Shown: positions 23,486-43,267 of the stretch, piece after piece
Position numbering within the stretch: position 1 is the first letter of the stretch
Layout: every line of letters starts with the position of its first letter
Assembly (NCBI RefSeq): GCF_009914755.1
Contig: NC_060938.1
DNA: 64,000 nt
Direction: 5' to 3' (one strand)
From: the human T2T-CHM13v2.0 reference genome, Homo sapiens
Notes under the pieces: generated by a model
The model's input: only the letters and a program-made list of their open reading frames with translations
What the model was told of the DNA's origin: nothing
Database searches by the model: none
Translations under genes and position numbers: made by a program

Positions 23486-25774
23486 GGCATATTAGATTAT
23501 TCCTCCATGATCAGATCAGTACAGTCTAACAAAGAGAAATCAGAATTATATAGTTATTTAAATCTAAAAAATATGGACCTAGTGATATTGACTATATCAG
23601 CCTATGAAATTAAACACCTGTTGGACCCCTTACAAATTAAAGTTGCCAAATCATATAGATAAATGGAAGCGTGTGGTTTCCCTTTGGCACCTAGACTGAG
23701 TATTAACTGAGGAATACACATATTTGGGTGTTTTCTGGATAGTTTCCATCTGATTCATCTGTGATAAAAATTCTTTATGTTCTATTTTACTTAAATTTAT
23801 TGTTCTGAGATTGACAAAATTATAGCTATGTTATTTTGTTTGGTTGGTTGTAAATAAAAGAAGAAAAAATATATTTTCTGATTGTGATTCTTATCATATT
23901 TGGGTTTATTATTTTGGTGACATGGTCATTACTAATACATAAGCCCTTATAAGCAATTTATCAACATTTTTGTAGGACAATAAAATATTCTAGCCTAATG
24001 ATATCCAAACATTACCTCCTTCTGGACCCCTAAAGGGCAGATTCTAAATCCATCTATAATAATATCAGTCAAAATATTCAGAAATGCATTGTTCTAAATA
24101 CCTAATATTTTTACCTAAATAAGATATCACCAACAACATGATAGGTCAATTTACCGAGTTTTAGATAATAGAATATCTCCCCTAAAGATTGGACAGGGCA
24201 ATGGTGTACTTGTGGATACACTACTTAAGTTCAAAAAATAAAATAAAATCAATGGCAGTTCATTGTCATTTGCTGCTAAAAGAATGTGAAAATAACATGA
24301 AGGAAAATTTTTGAAGGAAAAAAGCATGTATAATTCAATTGCTCTAATGTATCTATTTTTGTTAATATGTCTGTTTCATGTGATTTAATGTTAAACTCGC
24401 TTCCATTTATAGCAAGTTTTTATAATTATCATTCATAGAAAGCATAATATTTTATTGAACTAACGTGCCATGAATTGTGAATTTTTATGTGGTGAGATGA
24501 ACATTGTCCTAGACGAAGGGCCTTCCTTCCAAGAAGCTAAGAGCTGACTAGTAAAAGGGAATTTTCAGAAGGGATATTAGGAGAAAAATGAATGCCTCTA
24601 CTACACAAGAATGACTTCTCACAGAATTTGTACTGCAGCATTCTGGGGTAAGGTTACTGAACACTCCAACATCTTCCTTCCTTCTACCACCAATCTTTTT
24701 GTTGAACATTACAGTTATCCCATTTTTTTGTTATAAAATAATATCTCAATAAAATCTTCATAAAGATTTGCCTTGATAATATTTTGCAAACCTAAATTAG
24801 GACTCATCATCTAATCTGAAACAGACTGTCCCAGAAAATACAGAATATAAGAATATGATGTGTGTGCAACAATTTTCCTTTCAGATTTTTTGTCTTAGAA
24901 CAGTTTATCGGGAAAGAGATCATTATTCAGTTCAAAAGGTAAGAATGCATTTGTGAATTGGGGCCCGGACATTCCAGGTAGAACAATTATTTGCTCCTTT
25001 CATGTAAGACAGTATCAAGCTTTTACTCAATCTTATTAGAACTCTGCCATATCTCTCACTTGTATAGCCGCTGAGGATCTTTCCTCTTTCTTTACTCCTT
25101 TCCAGGGTGCATGACTTTTAAGTTACCTGAGTTCTGATCAGCAAACGGACTCAAAAAGAACAGGTAGTCAAGGCAGGCAATATTTCCACCACAGTTTCAG
25201 AACTCCCTACTTTGTATTACTAAGTTAATACATTTGTGCAGCCACTACCTTTGCAAAGGTTTCTTCTTACAACCTCAAATACTATGACTGGTTCACAACC
25301 TTTTCCATAGTGCTAAATTATTTGACCAAACACTGCATATATACCATATTTTTTCAAAGCCAAACTGTATCCCAAAGAGAGAGAAGGAGAGAGAAAGAAT
25401 AGCAATAAAAATACAGTGTTATTTCAGGTTGATATTTAAAAATAATTGTGCTGGTTAATGGTTTCCTTGGGGGAAATGACAATTGAAAGTCGGTATTTTC
25501 TACTTTCAAATACAAGTCATGGTGTTTATTAGCTCCCTTTAAATGCTCACTAAGCTGAACAAACTTTGACTCTACCCTCAATTACAACTAATTCCCTCAC
25601 AAAGGAAAATTTATTTGTACAACCAAACATTATGTACATTCAAGATTACTAGAAAACTTAGGACATAAGGTGCAAGTGCGACAATATTATGAGAAAAGAA
25701 AGACTGTGTATTAGTTTAACAGGTTTACATATGCAAATTCACCACACAGGGTTTGTTCTCTTGGCAACATTGAA

Positions 25775-26450
25775 AATAATAATAATTAACGTTTTAAGGC
25801 AACTATTTTGTGTCAGGCAATATTCCAAGTCTTTTCTATGTATTATTTTATTTCCTACTTATGAAACCCAAAGAAATCAGGTCGGTATTATTGTATCTCT
25901 AATTTTTGAAGAGTGAAACAGGCAGAAAAGGTAACTTGCCTAGTTGGAGATGGCGTCTGATCTCAGGCAGGCTAACAATGGAGCCCACAGTTTTTACTAC
26001 TATCGGGGGAAAGGACCAACACTATAGAATGAAATAGATTGGATCAAATCTAAGTCACTGATTGTGTGAGCTTATGCAAATTATTTGACCTTTCTGCCTA
26101 GATTTGTTTAGACTATAAAATATAACTAATGATAATACTTCTGTCAGACAGTGGATTTGATGAATAAATGAGGTAAATCAAGGTAGGATCTTACACATAG
26201 TATTTAGGGAATCTATTTCAGTTAATATTATTAATGTCTTTCATTTGTAGAGCTCTTCAGCATTTCCCACTTTTATATAGTTGTTCAGTTCATCCTCACA
26301 AATTCTGTCATCACACAGTTAAGGTAGACATTCCCATACTCATTTCACTGATGAGATTCAAAGAAATCAAGTATACTGTCCAAGGTCACCCATAGTAAGT
26401 GAAGGAGCAAGTTCTTCTGACTTCAAGTTCAATAAGAATTCTGCTGTACC
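25775..26450. mobile_element. Cluster of degenerate MIR fragments
   Basis: MIR-like cores, e.g. gaaacaggcagaaaaggtaacttgcc, gcaaattatttgacctttctg, gtccaaggtcacccatagtaagtg. Confidence 0.55.
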
Positions 26451-27155
26451 ATACATCCTATTCTGGGAAATGTGGCTAAGTTCTGCGTAGCTAACTTCAG
26501 AACTACACGGCCATGTAAGCCAAAGAGCTGGATTTACCCCAGAAATTAATGCTGTAGAGAAGAAATGAGTGCAGTAGAAGAACTAAGGGATTTCTTTCCA
26601 GTAGTCTTAAGGTAATAACTACTCAAATTATACAAATATTTAAGTAAAATGTATTTCACGTGCAAAATATGTCACTGAGTGAAAATGGCAGATCATGAAA
26701 CAATATTATTATATAATCTCACACAAACATGAAGTCATGGGATTATGGGTAATTAAGATTCGTTGTTTCCTCTTTTATGCTAATATCTTTATTTCCTAAT
26801 TTTTCCATGACAAATATGCATTTTTTGTCCAATTTACAAACGACATGTAGTTAAGAAAAAATGAATGTTTACAAATGGCTGTATAATTTAAAGCAATGCT
26901 TTTAGACACACCACTTACCCACGCTTTCCCTCCACTTTGTGTGTAAGGAAAGGATAATGCTACTGTCTTTGGTAAGCTTTTACCACGTCTTTACAGAGCT
27001 TCTCAAGTACTTTTCCACGTGGCGTCACTTTGTGGAGAGGAGTTAATTTGGCACCCTTGTCCTTCTATTTCACTCAGAAGCAGCTCTTTCTGCAAAGGAG
27101 AGAGTGGTCTTTGGTAGCAAACCCTGGCCTTGTGGTTTTCATTCTAGATTCTTAG

Positions 27156-27157
27156 AA

Positions 27158-27190
<33 letters not shown>

Positions 27191-27216
27191 AAGACAGAGA
27201 CAGAGAGAGAGAGAGA
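27156..27216. repeat. (CAA)n followed by (GA)n microsatellite
   Basis: Directly visible. Confidence 0.9.
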
Positions 27217-27387
27217 ATGGAGGAACATGTCATACAATCAAATGAACCTTCCCAAACAAGAGCTTTACCCGGGGACTTCCATCTACACTTGTACACATCT
27301 CTCCAGCCAAGCTCCCTACTTACTACCAATACAAGAACCAACTTTAATTAAAAGAGAGTTTGAATTGTTATGTTTTTGATACCTACC

Positions 27388-27757
27388 TTTTTTTTATTAT
27401 ACTTTGATTTAGGGTATGTGTGCACAAAATGCGGGTGTGTTACATATGTATACATCTGCCATGTTGGGGTGCTGCACCCATTAACTTGTCATTTAGCATT
27501 AGGTATATCTCCTAATGCTATCCCTCCCCCCTGCCCCCACCCCACAACAGGCTCTGGCATGTGATGTTCCCCTTCCTGTGTCCATGTGTTCTCATTGTTC
27601 AATTCCCACCTATGAGTGAGAACATGCAGTGTTTGGTTTTTTGTCCTTGCGATAGTTTGCTGAGAATGATGGTTTCCAGCTTCATCCATGTCCCTACAAA
27701 GGACATGAACTCATTTTTTATGGCTGCATAGTATTCCATGGTGTATATGTGCCACAT
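27388..27757 (-). mobile_element. L1PA segment A: 3' UTR and poly(A) end
   Basis: tttttttattatacttt...cattaggtatatctcctaatgctatccctcccc...ccatggtgtatatgtgccacat. Confidence 0.95.
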
Positions 27758-32248
<4,491 letters not shown>

Positions 32249-32382
32249 TAAATTATCTGGATTCATAATTTTTTGTGAGAAGACTTTTTATTGCTTCAGT
32301 GTCTTTAATAGTTAAAGAATTTTGCAGGCTCTATTTTATGCTGGAATCAGTTTTAGTAAATTATATTTGTCTCTTTTTCTAA

Positions 32383-32883
<501 letters not shown>

Positions 32884-33849
32884 TAGCCCACGAATATTTG
32901 GCTTGTCTAATACATCATTTATGGCTGGATATTTCCCTCAAATGCCACTTTGGCTGTATCCCACACATTTTGTTGTATAATGTTTATGTTATCATTACTC
33001 TCTAATCCTTAAACATTTTTCATTCAAATTTGTTCTTTGACCTGTGAGGATGTAGAGTGCAGTTTTCAATTGCCAAATTACATTTTCTACATGTGCATGA
33101 GTTTCTACTTGTCCCTCACATCAGACAGACAGTAGCTTGATTGTTAAAAGTCTTGGGCTTTGAGATCTAATAGACTTGGATTCACATCATAGCTCATTCA
33201 CTCACTCCTGTATTCATTAAATAGGCATTATTCTTGGTGCTGAGGATATATCACTAAACAGAAATCCATGCTCACATAGATGTTACATGCTGGTATGTGT
33301 CCCACCATTTACTAGACTCCACTACTTATTAGTTGTATCAGTTTGAAAAAGTCTCTCAGTTTCTCCCTGTAAATCAATTTTTTTATCTGTCAATGAGAAT
33401 AATAATTATTCTATTCTAGGGAGCTCTTGGGAGAATGTAGTGAGATAAAGTGCTTAGTACAGTGGTTAGAACAGTGAACACTTTAGTAAATGCTTGCTAT
33501 TACCATTTGGACAGCTTTCTCAGAAAGCCTTTCCTAACCCAGACCCACCCCTCCCCTTCCTGGCACCCAGACAGAGCTAGATGCTTCTTTTGTATTCCTC
33601 CAGTGCATATTGTACTGGCCTCTAGCAGAATACTCAGGCAAAATATTGTAATCACGAATTGTCCACATCTCCCACCAGATTGCCAGTTCTCTAAAGACAA
33701 TATATCATATGTAATTTTTTTTACCTCAGCATCTACCACAGTGCCTGGCAAGTGTTAAATGCTAAATAAATATATTTGAAATGGCTAAAGGAAGGATTGA
33801 AGGATTGATATAGATTTCAGAAAAGGAAAGTAAGTGTATGTTGCTGAGA

Positions 33850-34850
33850 TATTTATTGATTCGTTTAGTCAAAAAATGTTTATTAGGCACTGATTACCTG
33901 TCAGCCACTTTTCAAGGTACTGTATAGGTTCAAACAAAACAGACAAAATTTTGTTATGGTACTTAAATCTTAGAAAGGAGAAATATGCATTAGATATGGT
34001 TGAGTGATTGCAGAAAAATAAAACAGATTAAAGAAGTAAATAGTATTGTGGGAAGGCTGCTATTTGATATGTGATGGCCAAAGAAAGTCTCTCTGATAAG
34101 GTGTCATCTTAGTAGAGACCTGAAAGAAGTGAGAGGGCAAATCAGAGAGACTTGCGGATGAAATATTCCAAGTTGAAGAAACAGTAAGTGCTGAAGTTCT
34201 TTAATCATATTCAAGGACAGCAAGGAGGCCAGTATGGCTGCACCAGAAGCACTGAGAGGGAGGGCGGTAAGAGATGAAGTCAGAGTGGTGGGCAGAGAGA
34301 GTGAGGATGCAGAGAGTGCAAGGCCTTGCAGACCATGGCTTTGCCTCTAAATGAGAAGAGATTCCATTGAAGGGTTCTGAATGGGGAAGTTCCTGTAATA
34401 TACTCTGAGTTACATTTTACAAGAATCACTCTGGCTGCTACATGGAGGTCCGACTAGGGGTACAGGGGTAGTGGCAGAGACCACTTAGGACAGTATTGTA
34501 ACATTCCAGGCTACAGTAGTCGTTTGGATCAGAGAGATAGCAGGTGGAAATTATGATTCTGGATATTTTTCAAGCAGAGAGCTGATAGATTTTGTTCAAC
34601 TGTGTGTGGGTTGTTAAAGAAAGAGATGAATCAAGGATAGCCCCAAAGTTTTTGGCTGAACTACTAAACAAATTGAATTAGCATTTGGTTAGAGGTAGAA
34701 GACTGGTGAAATAGCAAGTTTGTGTATGTATTGGGAAGGGGGTGGTTAGCAGTGGGTGTATCAGGAGGCCCATTTTAGAGCTGTTAAATGTGAATGTCTA
34801 TTACACCTCCAGGTGGAAATGTTGAACAAGTATATGGATATATAGATCAG
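33850..34850 (-). mobile_element. L2 fragment
   Basis: aggaggccagtatggctg, ccattgaagggtt, atcactctggctgc, caggtggaaatgttga: typical antisense L2 motifs. Confidence 0.75.
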
Positions 34851-35776
34851 AACGTCAGTGTTGAGATCAGAATCTCTTATGCTATCAACCTGTACATAAC
34901 TTTTTTTTTTACCCCCATCTTTTTAAAGTATAAATCAATATGGACCAGATGATTCTTGAGAATCTTCTCTGAAGAGGAGTTATGTTTTTCAGATAGATTT
35001 TTAGCTGGCATTTTTTTAAGTAGGGCAATAATCATTTTACTATAACAACTGACATCATAATTGAATAATGAGCTTAGGCATATGCTTTGCAAAAACCTAC
35101 ATACCTTAAATAGAATTGAATTCAAATGAGTATCTTTTCGAAAGAACTACTGAATTCACAAATGTATGTAAAATGTTCTTAATTAAGCTTAATGTAAGTA
35201 TTAATATAAAAAGAAAAACACTATTATGAATAAAACCCTGGATACCAGAGTGGACAATTGAGTCTGACATATTCCCGGAGAAATATTTAAAGTAAGCTAA
35301 CACAAGAAAATCTTGCCTTTAGAATTTTTTAGTTACACTTTTAATAAAGATTCAAATAAAATGTTAAGAAACTTTCTAAATGGTTCTGACAGTAATGGTC
35401 CAGTCAGGAAAATAAAGTTTCTAGCCTCTGTCTTGGGGCTTTCAGAATAAACTAGATAACCTTAGAATTAAATGTGGATTTATGTTTTTCTGAACAGTAC
35501 CCCCTTTTATTGACTACATGTGTTTCCCCAAGAATTTGTTTTAGAGTAGATGTTTCAAATAAATGGTCCAATTCTTAACCCATTCACATTGTTTCATTTT
35601 GCAGATAACCACTTGCCTAGCATAAAAATCTTTACCTTGTTCTCAGAAATTGATTCTTGACTCTACACAGCAAATCCTTCATCTTTATTGTTGTGACCCA
35701 TTATAAATACCTTCCACTATGATGGGCATATATTTTCCTATTCTCCTCTAGCACTTACCCTCTTTTTTTCCCCCAG

Positions 35777-35951
35777 GATTCCAGGTCTTGGCAACCTTTG
35801 AAATTCCAATTCCATTTGAGAGAGCTTTGATGAGGCCATATGCTGATTTCACCACCAGCAACTTCACAACCCAGTACTGGAATGCCATCAGCCAGCAGGC
35901 CCCTGTCATCACCTGTGACTTCTATCTGTGGCTCACTGGAAGGAAACCCAG
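35777..35951 (+). pseudogene. Duplicated (unprocessed) FAR2-derived exon, C-terminal half of fatty acyl-CoA reductase 2
   Basis: ttttttcccccag acceptor and ag|gtgaga donor; translates FQVLATFEIPIPFERALMRPYADFTTSNFTTQYWNAISQQAPVITCDFYLWLTGRKP, matching recalled FAR2 [57 protein letters not shown]. Confidence 0.88.
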
Positions 35952-36072
35952 GTGAGAAGCTGAGTCAATGGCTTTGAGAATGTCACTGCATATGAGAGAT
36001 TGAGGCCCCAAAGTCTTCTGTGCTTCCTTCAGCCAAGGATTAAAGGAAACAACTTAATCTGGCCCATATATA

Positions 36073-36437
36073 CAGATTGAACACACCTACTCGAAAATCC
36101 AAAATCTGAAATTCTCCAAAATCCAAAATGTTTTGAGTGCTGACATGATGCCACAAGTGGAAAATTCCACACATCTTACCTCATGTGATGGGTCACAGTA
36201 AAACATATTCAAAACTTTGTTTCATGCATAAAATTATTTAAAATATTGTATAAGATTACCTTCAGGTTATGTGTATGTGGCTAAGTGTGTATGAAACATG
36301 AGTGAATTTTGTGTTTAGACATGGGTCCCATTCCCAAGATATCTCATTACATAGAAGAAAATATTCCAAAATCTGAAAACAGTTGAAACCCAACACACTT
36401 CTGACCCAAGCATTTCAGATAAAGGATACTCAACCTG
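36073..36437. mobile_element. Tigger4/Zombi-like non-autonomous DNA transposon
   Basis: Imperfect TIRs cagattga.../...tcaacctg flanked by TA; internal aaatccaaaatctgaaa, ccacaagtggaaaattccacac. Confidence 0.85.
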
Positions 36438-39400
36438 TATAAGTTTTGAACAAACAAAGCAGTCATAGTGAGAAGCCACAGAAGCTTCCTACATGAAAAA
36501 TGCTCCAGCATAATAAAGGAAGGTAAATGTTAAAGCGCCTGCTTGATGAATTCAGCAAGTGATCATTCACGCAAAAAGAAAAGCAACTGAGACGCTGTCA
36601 CTAGGGTTTTTCAAATAGGTAGATAATCTTAAATATCCAGTAATGATGACAACCTCACTTACTGGGAGCTTACTCATGGGGCTAAGGAGGATGCATGATG
36701 ATCCCATTTTTATTGTCACAGCTACTGATGAAGATACCCTCATCAACCCATTTTACAAATGGAGAAATAGAAGCTAAGGGAAGAATCTGAAGTAGTCTCA
36801 AAGGCAGTGACAGGAAGGATGTGGAGAAAGCTGAGTGTCAAAGTCAGTATTCAGGACCGGATTTACTGCTACTTAGAGATGAATGAAGAAATCAGAGGGA
36901 ACGCAGTGTGCTGATGCTAAAGCAGCTGTCACCACCCAGCTGTGTGACATAGGACATATTCTTTCTCTGTCTCACTTGAATAATATGATATGTCAGAGGA
37001 GACATGATTGTAATTGCCTAAAGCAATTCTTGTGATCAAGACTCAGAAGCATGAACAGTATTGCCCTCTGTGTTAGCCCCTTTATAAGGGAGGAAGTCAT
37101 CTTCAGCATGTTGAATTGCCATCTTTCTTAGCAGTGCAAATGACTAAAACTTAGCCAATGTAGAGTTTATCCAAATTTGGAACTCATAACTCAGTTCTTG
37201 GGCAAAGTGAAAAGAAAACATTGTGATTACGGGGAAAATATTTGTATGGGACTTATTAAATAAAGATAGGAAAAGGAGAAAACCCAAATATTATAGGCAG
37301 AAATGCTAAAGGTTTTAAAATATGTCAGGATTGGAAGAAGGCATGGATAAAGAACAAAGTTCAGTTAGGAAAGAGAAACACAGAAGGAAGAGACACAATA
37401 AAAGTCATTATGTATTTTGTGAGAAGTCAGACAGTAAGATTTGTGGGAAATGGGTTGGTTTGTTGTATGGTGTGTATTTTAGCAATAATCTTTATGGCAG
37501 AGAAAGCTAAAATCCTTTAGCTTGTGTGAATGATCACTTGCTGAATTCCTCAAGGTAGGCATGATGAAGGAGGGTTTAGAGGAGACACAGACACAATGAA
37601 CTGACCTAGATAGAAAGCCTTAGTATACTCAGCTAGGAATAGTGATTCTGAGGACACACTTTGACATGATTATGTCATTACATGTATGGTAGTGATGGGG
37701 ATGATAGAAGGAAGAACTGTTGGCATATTTTCACCCCCCAAAAAATCAGTTAAATATTGGGACACTAACCATCCAGGTCTAGAAAAGTCACATGCCATAG
37801 CCATGGTATTGCACATCATTCATCTTGCATTCTTTGAGAACAGGAAGATCAGTAAATAGTTCAGAAGTGGGAAGCTTTGTCCAGGCCTGTGTGTGAACCC
37901 AATGTTGTGTTTAGAAATAGAACAAGTAAGTTCATTGCTATAGCATAACACAAAATTTGTTTAAGTGGTGGTCAGCAAATCCTTGAACGCTGCTTAATGT
38001 GACGAGGTTGGTAAAATCCTTTGTGCAACACTCTTACTCCCTGAATATTTTGCAGTGCCAGGGCCTGTGCATGCCAGACAAGGCCAAGATGGCTCAAAGA
38101 GCAACCAGCCACCTCAGCAACCTGCCACCTCCTGCTGGCAGGATTTGTTTTTGCAACCTGTGAAGAGTCAAGGAGGCACAAAGGCATAAGTCTACTCACT
38201 TATATCTGTTTGTCTGGAACATAACCCATGTTTGTTTTTACAACAAATAAAATTGATCTTGAATAAAAACTGAGTGGTCATTGTCATTAATCTTTGAATC
38301 CAGATTAACCTTTTGGTCATGCCTAGTCTAAGAGAAAAGAGATATTCTTATCAATAAATACAGAGCCAAGCTATATCAGTGAAGATCTCAAGTGCATAGA
38401 CAGTAGTATAGGGAAGAGTCAGAGGCCAAAAAGACAAGGATGGCAGACATTGAACAGAGGAGAGTGTGGTGTTTGCCTTTGCATCAACTGAGATTGTGGA
38501 ATAACACCTGAGGCTTGGGGAGAGCACCTACGAGATACCAATAAAGCATTGTAAGAACATCTATGAAGTGAGAAAATTTGAATTACTGTTGTTCTTGTGG
38601 TTATGATTGTATTTATGGTTGTTACTTCATTCGTATTAATCATCTATGTGCCCGAGTGTAATCATGAAGTTAGATTTTTCCCAGATTTTTTTATTAGACT
38701 CAAGAATTCCCATAGACAAAGGCAATATCACTATCCTATTTATACATTTCTTCTCTCAGTTCTGCAGAGCCAAAATGTAGAGTCCAATCTTTTAGATAGG
38801 TTATGCAATAAAGGCTGACTTGGATTATCTAACTGGTACATGAGGCCCAGTGTGGTAGTTTACTCCAGAGGAAATTGGCACCTGTATATAATTGTAGTTA
38901 AGTTGATCCCTTGATATCAGGAAAGTTTCTGCTATGCAGTCCTTTTTGATGATTTCTTAATATATATCCTCCTTTTAGACAGTACTAGTGGCCATAGATG
39001 TACATGGCAGCAGAATATTACAGATGGTAAACCTTGAATCTGCATTTTAGTAGCAAGAGCATCTGGAGTCTTGTGCTTCCCTTGTAGACATCTTCTTAAC
39101 ATCTACATCCTATCTTTTGTCTACTGTTGTTACTACTACTAGTTCCATAGACATTCTAACTTTCATTTGGATATACATTTTTGTTATTTGTAAGCTCCCC
39201 CTTCTTTTTCATTTTTTCACACCCTTTCAGACTGTTCTAAAATCAGAAAGGAAATTCTCCTCCATGAGCATGTGTATGTTTTTGGCTCTTGGAACTTGAG
39301 ATGGTGCAAGTAAGTACAAGCACATTTTCCAGATAAGTCATGTGAAGTGATTTACATTTCATAATATGATCATTTCTGATTGATCTGATCTATTAAGACC

Positions 39401-41490
39401 ACCAATAGAGATGGCTGTAAAGAATTAAGAACATCAAACAATGTCAAGTTGTTCATTGCATGTATTTCAGAACATTACCGAGATAAAGCCAGGTGGAGTC
39501 ATTAATTTCACCAGCTAATTATTTCCTTGCTGCAGTACCAAAGATTGTCATTTTTGAACTAAAGCCTCTGGTTTTTCTAACTCATCTTTCATTGTTCATA
39601 TTGGCAAGTGAATAATTAGTGAATATATATGTTTAGGTTATGAGGAATTTAAAACACAACCTAAGAGTTGTAATGTTGATTGCTTTTAAATGTTGTAATT
39701 GTTTTGAGAGTGTCTGCTAATGATTCCTTAATTACATACTTGCTTTTCTTAGAAAGTCAACTCATTTCATTGTGATTAATTTTCTCTTAAATATTTAACT
39801 TCATATTTTAATAAATCACAATGCCTGGGATTCCATTAGATATTTGAAAAGATCAAGTTTAATTTTTTTTACCCAGGTAACATACACAATGGCTCAAGAT
39901 TTGTGTTCTTTGATCTCACAATTTAAAAAAATATGCATTAAGCACCATGGAAATCCCAAGAACTTCAGCAAGAAAGAGTCTTTGTTCCATAGTTTCTTTG
40001 CTTGATAAATATGTGGACTAAAATAAATGCAATATCTTAATTCAGTTTTTGCTTCATGAGACTGGTTGAGTGAACATAGGCCTAGTGCTTTGAAAATTGG
40101 CCTATTGTAGAAGATTGATAATCTAATAGCCTAAAGAGAATCCATTTCTTATAAGAACATATATATTTTGGAAAATATGGTATTTCTCAGAAAACTGCTG
40201 AAATGAATTATGTATCTTTTCTATCTTTATCTTTAATTCTATTACTTTCAAAGATCTAAAGCTTTCACTTGAAAATTAGTCTTTTGGAAAAAAATCGAAA
40301 CTAGTGTTAAATTATATTTCATTGAGGTAATGAATATGAAGATTCATTTGCTGTAATCTCCTTGTGATCTTTTAAAGTAGTTTCTTGTGCTTTTAAAAAT
40401 AACACTATAATGGTCTATATGTGTATCAGTTTTTACAATAATTTGTCTAAACTTTAGCTTATACAGTGTGCATGAAGAACCAAGTGCAGTCTGAATTAGC
40501 ACAATGCAAATAGAAAACCGAACTTTTATTTTCCTCACAAAATTATATCTAATATAAACCTTATGTAAAATAGAGAATTTTTAAGTGCTTGTAAAATAAT
40601 AACAAAATCATACATAATGTCAGTGGAGGAGAAAAGTTAAGGATTTTATATCACACTAAAATGCATTTCTAAATTGACTTAGTATTGTTATAAAACATAT
40701 TCTTGAATATTGTATCAGAATTTATCACCACTATTGAAGTCAAAATAAAGATGGATCTCTAAATTATACAATTTATTTGGGAATCACAGAATTGTAGTTC
40801 TGAACAAAACTGAAAACCACGGTGGTCTTCTATATGTGTGAAGGACAAAGAGAAGATTGGGGGTTTACTAGCAAGGGAAATGCTATATATTGTTTTGAAA
40901 GAACGCACATGGACACTAGAGAAGATTTTGGGAGCTGATCAAGCAAGCCTAATGGGAGGCAAATCTTTTGAGACTTCCCAGGAGCCCAACTATAAAATCC
41001 CTTAGTCAATTTTAAGTGAAAAAGACTTAAATTTGAATTTGATTCTGTGGAAGTTTGTCATTTGTTTGGATGCAAAAAGCCTAAAAATATTTAATTAAAG
41101 TAGAATTACATATCCTTGAGAGATAATGGTCACTTATTTAACCAGAGTAATAATGGAAAGACTTCAAAAACAAATTCAAAAGTTACCTGGTCAAGAGAAA
41201 AAAATACTTAGACCTGTGTTAGAGATGACTTAGTTTTTTCAGGAGGTCAAAACCCGAATAAAGACAGCCCAAACCACAAGAAGCTATCTTAAAACATAAA
41301 ATATCTGCTTGTTAGGTGGATTACTTAGAGAGAGAGAAAAAAAAAACCTTTTGTAATATGACCATTTCTCTTGGTATATGCCCTTTTGAGTAAACTGGAA
41401 ATTAAACCCCATGAAAAACTACTTTAATTCAACTAGACGCTGGAAGAGTGTATGTCTAAAGTTATATGTAAACCATATTATAGAATAATA

Positions 41491-41492
<2 letters not shown>

Positions 41493-41523
<31 letters not shown>
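41493..41523. repeat. (CA)n microsatellite
   Basis: Directly visible. Confidence 0.95.
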
Positions 41524-41527
<4 letters not shown>

Positions 41528-41961
41528 AGTAGTACCTCCACCAGGTGGAATGGATGGCTTTTTAGAAAAAGAAAGAGCATGTGAAATTTCCTGGTTACAT
41601 AGAACAATCTGGATACATCAGGAAAAGCCAAGAGTACAGAATTAATCTATACCAGAAAAACATTGTTTTTCCAGTTTTTTTCTTGAGACAAACGTTCTCG
41701 GTGTCAGGTTATAATACCAGAGTGCGAAGTGGGGAAAAATGCAATAGGAACTGACAAAAAAAAAAAAAATGAGAGAGAGAGTCACCACTTTAGTTAATCA
41801 AAAAGATGTACTGTTTTAAGGAGAGAAGTAACAAGAGCAGAAGGCATTGATGTATTAACTGCAAATTACACGTATTGAGATGCATAAAAAGCCAAACCCT
41901 TGGGATAAAAATCTGAAAAGCTTTAAGAGGAAAAGTCTACCTCCTGAAATGAAGTGATCAT

Positions 41962-42742
41962 TTTTTTTATTGCTGCTTCTAAAAAAAGGATACATGTACA
42001 GGATGTGCAGGTTTGTTGCATAGGTATATGTGTGCCATAGTGGTTTGCTGCACCTATTGACCCATCCTCTAAGTTCCCTCCCCTCATCCCTATCCTCCAA
42101 TAGACCGTGGTGTATGTTGTTCCCCTCTCTGTGTCCATGTGTTCTCAATGTTCAACTCCCACTGAATGAGAACATGCAGTGTCTGGTTTTCTGTTCTTGT
42201 GTTAGTTTGCCGAGGATGATGGCTTCCAGTTTCATCCATGTCCCTGCAAAGGACATGCTCTCATTCATTTTTCATGGCTGCATAGTATTCCATGGTGTAT
42301 ATGTGACATATTTTCTTTATCCAGTCTGTCATTGATGGGCATTTGGGTTGGTTCCAGTCTTTGCTATTGTAAATTGTGCTGCAATAAGTAGAATGATTTA
42401 TATTCCTTTGGGTATATACCCAGTAATGGGATTGCAGGGTCAAATGGTATTTCTGGTTTTAGATACTTGGGGAATCACCATGCTGTCTTCCACAATGATT
42501 AAACTAATGTATATCCTCACCAACAGTGTAAAAGCATTCCTATTTCTCCACAGCTTCACCAGCATCTATTGTATCCTGACTCTTTTAAATAATCACCATT
42601 CTGACTGGCATGAGATGGTATCTCATTGTGGTTTTGATTTGCATTTCTCTGATGATGAGTGATGTTGAGCTTTCTTTCATATGTTTGTTGGCCAACTTCT
42701 TTTGAGAAGTGTCTGTTCATATCCTTTGCCCACTTTTTAATG
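41962..42742 (-). mobile_element. L1PA (older subfamily) 3' end
   Basis: gtgcaggtttgttgcataggtat...ggctgcatagtattccatgg...gagaagtgtctgttcatatcctttgcccac. Confidence 0.93.
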
Positions 42743-43059
42743 ATATTATTGCTCATATTAACTTTGAAATGACTGAAAATTCAAAATAAAGACAAGAAAG
42801 ATAAAATTATATTTTTTAAGTTACAGGTATGAAGTATTTTTGAAAGGAAAGAAACCTCTAGATTATATATACATGTATGTGTATATATTTATATGTATAT
42901 GTGTGTATATATAATATATATATTGCTTTCAACAAAAAAATTATTAGAGTCAAAATAGTATCATCTCCAGATGTTTTTATTTAGCTTGGTATCTAAAATC
43001 ATTTAGGTGACCCATTCCCATGTTTGGAAAATTTTTAAAATTTGTTGTATATATCTGTG

Positions 43060-43257
43060 GTATTCAGTATAGTAGCCACTAGCTACTTAACTTTTAATCA
43101 GTTATAATTAAATGAAATTTAAAATTCAGTTCTTCCGTCATACTAGCTACATTTCAAGTGCTCAATAGACACACTTGGTGAGTGGCTACTTTATTGGACA
43201 GGGCAAGTATAGAATATTTCCATTATCACAGAATATTTAACCAGACAGCATTGATCT
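43060..43257. mobile_element. MER3-like hAT-Charlie element
   Basis: gtagccactagc...catttcaagtgctcaatag...gtggctactttattggaca...gacagcattgatcta. Confidence 0.75.
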
Positions 43258-43267
43258 AAATGGTTAA

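Noticed and set aside
37972-38199. 75-aa minus-strand ORF with a nearby acceptor-like site
   Set aside because: No recognisable homology in any frame; non-ATG start
38280-41960. Possible ERV/LTR-internal remnants
   Set aside because: Composition is suggestive, but I could not assign a family or boundaries by eye
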